64,000 nt of DNA from Candidatus Eiseniibacteriota bacterium. Its GTDB lineage: Bacteria > Orphanbacterota > Orphanbacteria > Orphanbacterales > Orphanbacteraceae. Positions 61,071 through 64,000 of this stretch are shown here, piece by piece. The stretch covers positions 14,286-78,285 of the forward strand of contig JAFGGD010000059.1 of NCBI GenBank assembly GCA_016930695.1, written 5' to 3'. Made by a program: the position numbers and the translations under genes. The notes below the pieces were generated by a model. That model saw only the letters and a program-made list of their open reading frames with translations, was not told the DNA's origin and did no database searches. Numbering within the stretch: position 1 is the stretch's first letter; every line of letters begins with the position of its first letter.

Positions 61071-62864
61071 CTATACCCAGCTCACCCCCAGGATCAACAG
61101 CAGGGCGACGAGGACCATCATCAACCCCTCGCCGGCGATCAGGCCGGAGGCGAGGGCGGGGCCGAAGCGCTCCACCCGGTCCCCGTGCTTTCTATTATAG
61201 AGCCAGGTGAGTAGCGCCCCGAACCACATGGCGATCGAATAGAAACCGGGGACGATGAAGGCGATGCCGATCGCCACGGGCGAGGGGAGCCACTTGGCGA
61301 TGGAGCGTATCCTGTGCATCAGGGTGAGGATGATGCCGACGGCGCCTCCCACGACGGCGGCCCAGAGCGCGCTCGGCTCGAGGGAGGAAACTCCCTCGGC
61401 GAGCACTTTAGCCATCAAATGCCACGCCACGACCGCCGGCCCCGCGAAGTCCTCCCCGGGGATTTCATAGGCGGCGGTGAGGAGCCGGTAGACTCCGGCG
61501 GCCACCAGCACGCCGACGATCACGCCGATCAGCTGGGTGATCACCTGCTTGCGGATCGACACCTTCAGCATGTAACCGGCTTTCAGATCGTGCATCAGGT
61601 CGCCGGCCTGGCTCGCGCCGGCGGCGGTGATCCCCGCCGCCATCAGGTTGGTGGTGATCCGCCCCGGATCGAGAATCCCGTAGACGACCTGCGTGATCTT
61701 CCCCATCGCGCCCACCGGATTGATATCGGTTTCGCCGGTGGCGCGCACGGCGATGCTCGCCACGAAGAGGGAGAGGATCACCGCGAGCACTCCCATCCAG
61801 ACGGCGATGCCGAAGAAGATGTAAGCCATGGAAGCGGTGAGGACCGTCGCGGCGGCCATGCCGATGAACCACCACTTCATCGGGAAGGGATCGGGCGCGT
61901 CCTCCTCCTCGTCGGCGGCGGCGGCGGCGGCGGTGGCTTTGCGGAGCGAGGAGAAAGTCCGGCCGATGGTTTTATACTGTAGCCCCAGGCTTGTGAATCC
62001 GGCCGTGATCATGCACGCCACGCCGGGCCAGAGGATCCATTTCAGCGCGTCCCTGTAGATCGACGATCCGCCGCTGTATTCGATGAGCCCCATGCCGTTT
62101 AGGACAGGCGTGATGATTCCCCAGGCGATCACGGCGCCGGCGAAGAGGGACCAGCCGACCTTGGGACCGATCAGCACTCCCGCGCCGAGCATCATGGGCG
62201 AAAGGTTCATTCCTATGGTGAGCACGGCGAACCCGAGCCCCAACACGCCGATGGACGCCAGCCCGAAATCGTCTACGGAGAGGTTTTCGAGAAAGCCGAG
62301 GCCGAGCGGTTTGATCGAAAGAAGGAGTTTGAAGGCGGCCGCGAAGAGGGCGCAGTAAAAGAGAACCTTCGCCTTCTTCACCGCCTCCGCCCCGGAGGCG
62401 TACATCGCCTTGATCGTCTCCGCGGCGGCGGTGCCGGTCGGGTAGCGCAGCTTGTCCACCACGATCATTTGCCGGCGGAGAGGTACGGCGAAGAAGACGC
62501 CCAGAAACGCGATGCTGATCCCCCAGAGAACGAGCTGACCGTAGGAGAGGATCGGTTTCCCCTGTTCGCGAAGGATCAACTCGAGCGCCGGGATCGACGC
62601 GGTTAGCCCCGCCGCGGAGGCCATCGTCCCCGCCGAAGAGCCGGCGGTCGCGGTGATCAGGTTTTCCTTCGCCGAGTAGGGGCGCTTCAAAACCCCCGCG
62701 AAGGTGCGGAAGATGGCGAAGGAGATCACCGCGGCGGTGATCGACGCGCCGAAGGTCCATCCGATCTTCAGCCCGATGCAGATGTTGGAGGCGCCGATCA
62801 AACAGCCCACGAAGAGGCCGGAGATCACCGCCCGCAGTGTCAGCTCGGAGTAGTTCTCTTCCAT
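61071..62864 (-). CDS. OPT family oligopeptide transporter
   Basis: ELTLRAVISGL, ENLITATAGS, LRYPTGTAAA, MHDLKAGY, ASGLIAGEG; start at 62864 (ORF track overextends it). Confidence 0.92.
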   Translation of the reverse strand: MEENYSELTLRAVISGLFVGCLIGASNICIGLKIGWTFGASITAAVISFAIFRTFAGVLKRPYSAKENLITATAGSSAGTMASAAGLTASIPALELILREQGKPILSYGQLVLWGISIAFLGVFFAVPLRRQMIVVDKLRYPTGTAAAETIKAMYASGAEAVKKAKVLFYCALFAAAFKLLLSIKPLGLGFLENLSVDDFGLASIGVLGLGFAVLTIGMNLSPMMLGAGVLIGPKVGWSLFAGAVIAWGIITPVLNGMGLIEYSGGSSIYRDALKWILWPGVACMITAGFTSLGLQYKTIGRTFSSLRKATAAAAAADEEEDAPDPFPMKWWFIGMAAATVLTASMAYIFFGIAVWMGVLAVILSLFVASIAVRATGETDINPVGAMGKITQVVYGILDPGRITTNLMAAGITAAGASQAGDLMHDLKAGYMLKVSIRKQVITQLIGVIVGVLVAAGVYRLLTAAYEIPGEDFAGPAVVAWHLMAKVLAEGVSSLEPSALWAAVVGGAVGIILTLMHRIRSIAKWLPSPVAIGIAFIVPGFYSIAMWFGALLTWLYNRKHGDRVERFGPALASGLIAGEGLMMVLVALLLILGVSWV

Positions 62865-63232
62865 ATACGCCCTCTTGGTTGGAGTCTTCGGTGGGCTCCG
62901 CGGCCACGCGAACCGCTTTTTGTTGATTTGTAAGAGCTTATCAGAGACGGGCGCTCCGGGAAAGAGGAACGTCCTTGCCGGGGGCGCCCGCCCTTTCCGC
63001 GCCTCCCGCGCGCGCAACAAAGGGCCATCCTCGCGTCGATCGCCTTCCTTCTCCTGGCGGGCTACGCCCCCGCCCCGCCCACCACGACCCAGCTCGATAT
63101 CAACCACATGTTCGTCGCCCTGGACGCGCACATCCTGATTTAAACGACCGCGCGGCGGGGACCGCCGGCCGTGCTCTTCCCCCTTCCCTTCCCGCGCGCC
63201 GCCGCGTAACCTGGGGCGGGAGGTGAGCCCCC

Positions 63233-64000
63233 ATGCCTGATCGCAGGGCCGCCGCGGCGGCGGCGCTTCTTCTCGTATCGCTTCTCGCGGCGGAGGTTTT
63301 TTTCGCCTTCCGTCCCTCGCCGTCCTATTGGGCGTTCTCGAACGGCGCCGACCTTCCTCTTCTTTTGCGCGCGGCTTGGCTCGCCCTTCTTCCGGCCGCC
63401 GCCGCCCTCGCGCTTTATGCCGCCCGCCGTCGTCACGGCGAGCCCGGCATCTCACCAACTCTCCTGCGCGCGGGCGGCGCGCTTGGCGCCCTGGCCACCA
63501 TCATCGCGATCCTCTTTTACCTTTTTCGTTCGAGCGGCCACTTCATGGGCGACGGGTATTTGGTGCTCACCTTCCTCGAGCGGGACGCGGATCCCCTTCA
63601 GTACCGCGCCGGGTGGGGAACGCTGGTGGTGCACCGCGTCTTCTTTCGCGCGCTCCGCGCCCTCGGCGCGACGAACGGCGAAGAACTCTCTTTCGCGATT
63701 CTCTCCTCCGCCGCGGGGGGAGCCGCCGTCTTCGCGGCCGTCCGTTTCGCCCGGCGGATCGCCGGCGCGCTCCGCCCCGACCGCCCGGCGCCGGCGGCCG
63801 CGCTTCTCATCGCCCTCCTCCTCACCACCGGCGCGATGCAGCTCTTCTTCGGATATGTCGAAACCTACACGCCGGCCCAGTTATACATCCTCCTTTTCGT
63901 CGCCGGCGGCTCGGCGGCACTACTCAGCGGCGGAAACCGCGCCGCCGCGGCGGCCGCATTCCCCGCGGCGGTCTTCTTCCACACCGGCGTCGTGATCGCC
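63233..64000 (+). CDS. Polytopic membrane protein, GT-C-like (partial; runs off the window)
   Basis: Manual translation from ATG 63233 (GGGAGGTG SD), open to the edge: MPDRRAAAAAALLL...HFMGDGY...QLFFGYVETY...; not in the ORF track because it has no stop in the window. Confidence 0.7.
   Translation, partial: MPDRRAAAAAALLLVSLLAAEVFFAFRPSPSYWAFSNGADLPLLLRAAWLALLPAAAALALYAARRRHGEPGISPTLLRAGGALGALATIIAILFYLFRSSGHFMGDGYLVLTFLERDADPLQYRAGWGTLVVHRVFFRALRALGATNGEELSFAILSSAAGGAAVFAAVRFARRIAGALRPDRPAPAAALLIALLLTTGAMQLFFGYVETYTPAQLYILLFVAGGSAALLSGGNRAAAAAAFPAAVFFHTGVVIA

Overview
High-GC bacterial chromosomal window, roughly 65-70% GC by eye. Positions 1-19.5 kb (minus strand) hold the core transcription/translation cluster: tRNA-Thr/Tyr/Gly/Thr, tuf, tRNA-Trp, secE, nusG, rplKAJL, rpoBC, rpsL, rpsG, fusA, rpsJ, then rplD, rplW, rplB, rpsS and rplV. 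rplC (L3) is missing from its normal place between rpsJ and rplD and is not found elsewhere in the window. Positions 19.8-36 kb are cell-envelope glycosylation genes: two GT-C/TPR membrane proteins, a GT2, Wzm/Wzt, a trimodular GT and a sulfatase-like protein, plus Mrp/DUF971/PCD. Positions 36-44.5 kb carry a zinc-ribbon protein with a histone-H1-like tail, parB, parA and a parS site, a beta-CASP metallo-hydrolase, an unknown lipoprotein, yjbQ and a TPP-riboswitch-controlled thiC. Positions 44.6-64 kb carry three large secreted proteins with FlgD/T9SS-like C-terminal tails (a 1646-aa propeller-FN3-dockerin protein, a C25 peptidase and a SASA esterase), gpsA, a REC-HPt protein, ilvE, a MocR regulator, an OPT transporter and a partial GT-C-like gene. 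Gene order and tailed proteins suggest an FCB-superphylum candidate lineage such as Eisenbacteria, Latescibacterota or Krumholzibacteriota (inference only). No rRNA, CRISPR array, transposase or integrase was seen. Best leads: missing rplC; a fully co-varying cysteine pattern suggesting an inter-domain disulfide-stapled FN3 rod with one hinge; the Zn-ribbon/H1-like gene beside parABS; a putative TMTC-like glycosylation module; and a 40-aa CSCSCS peptide.
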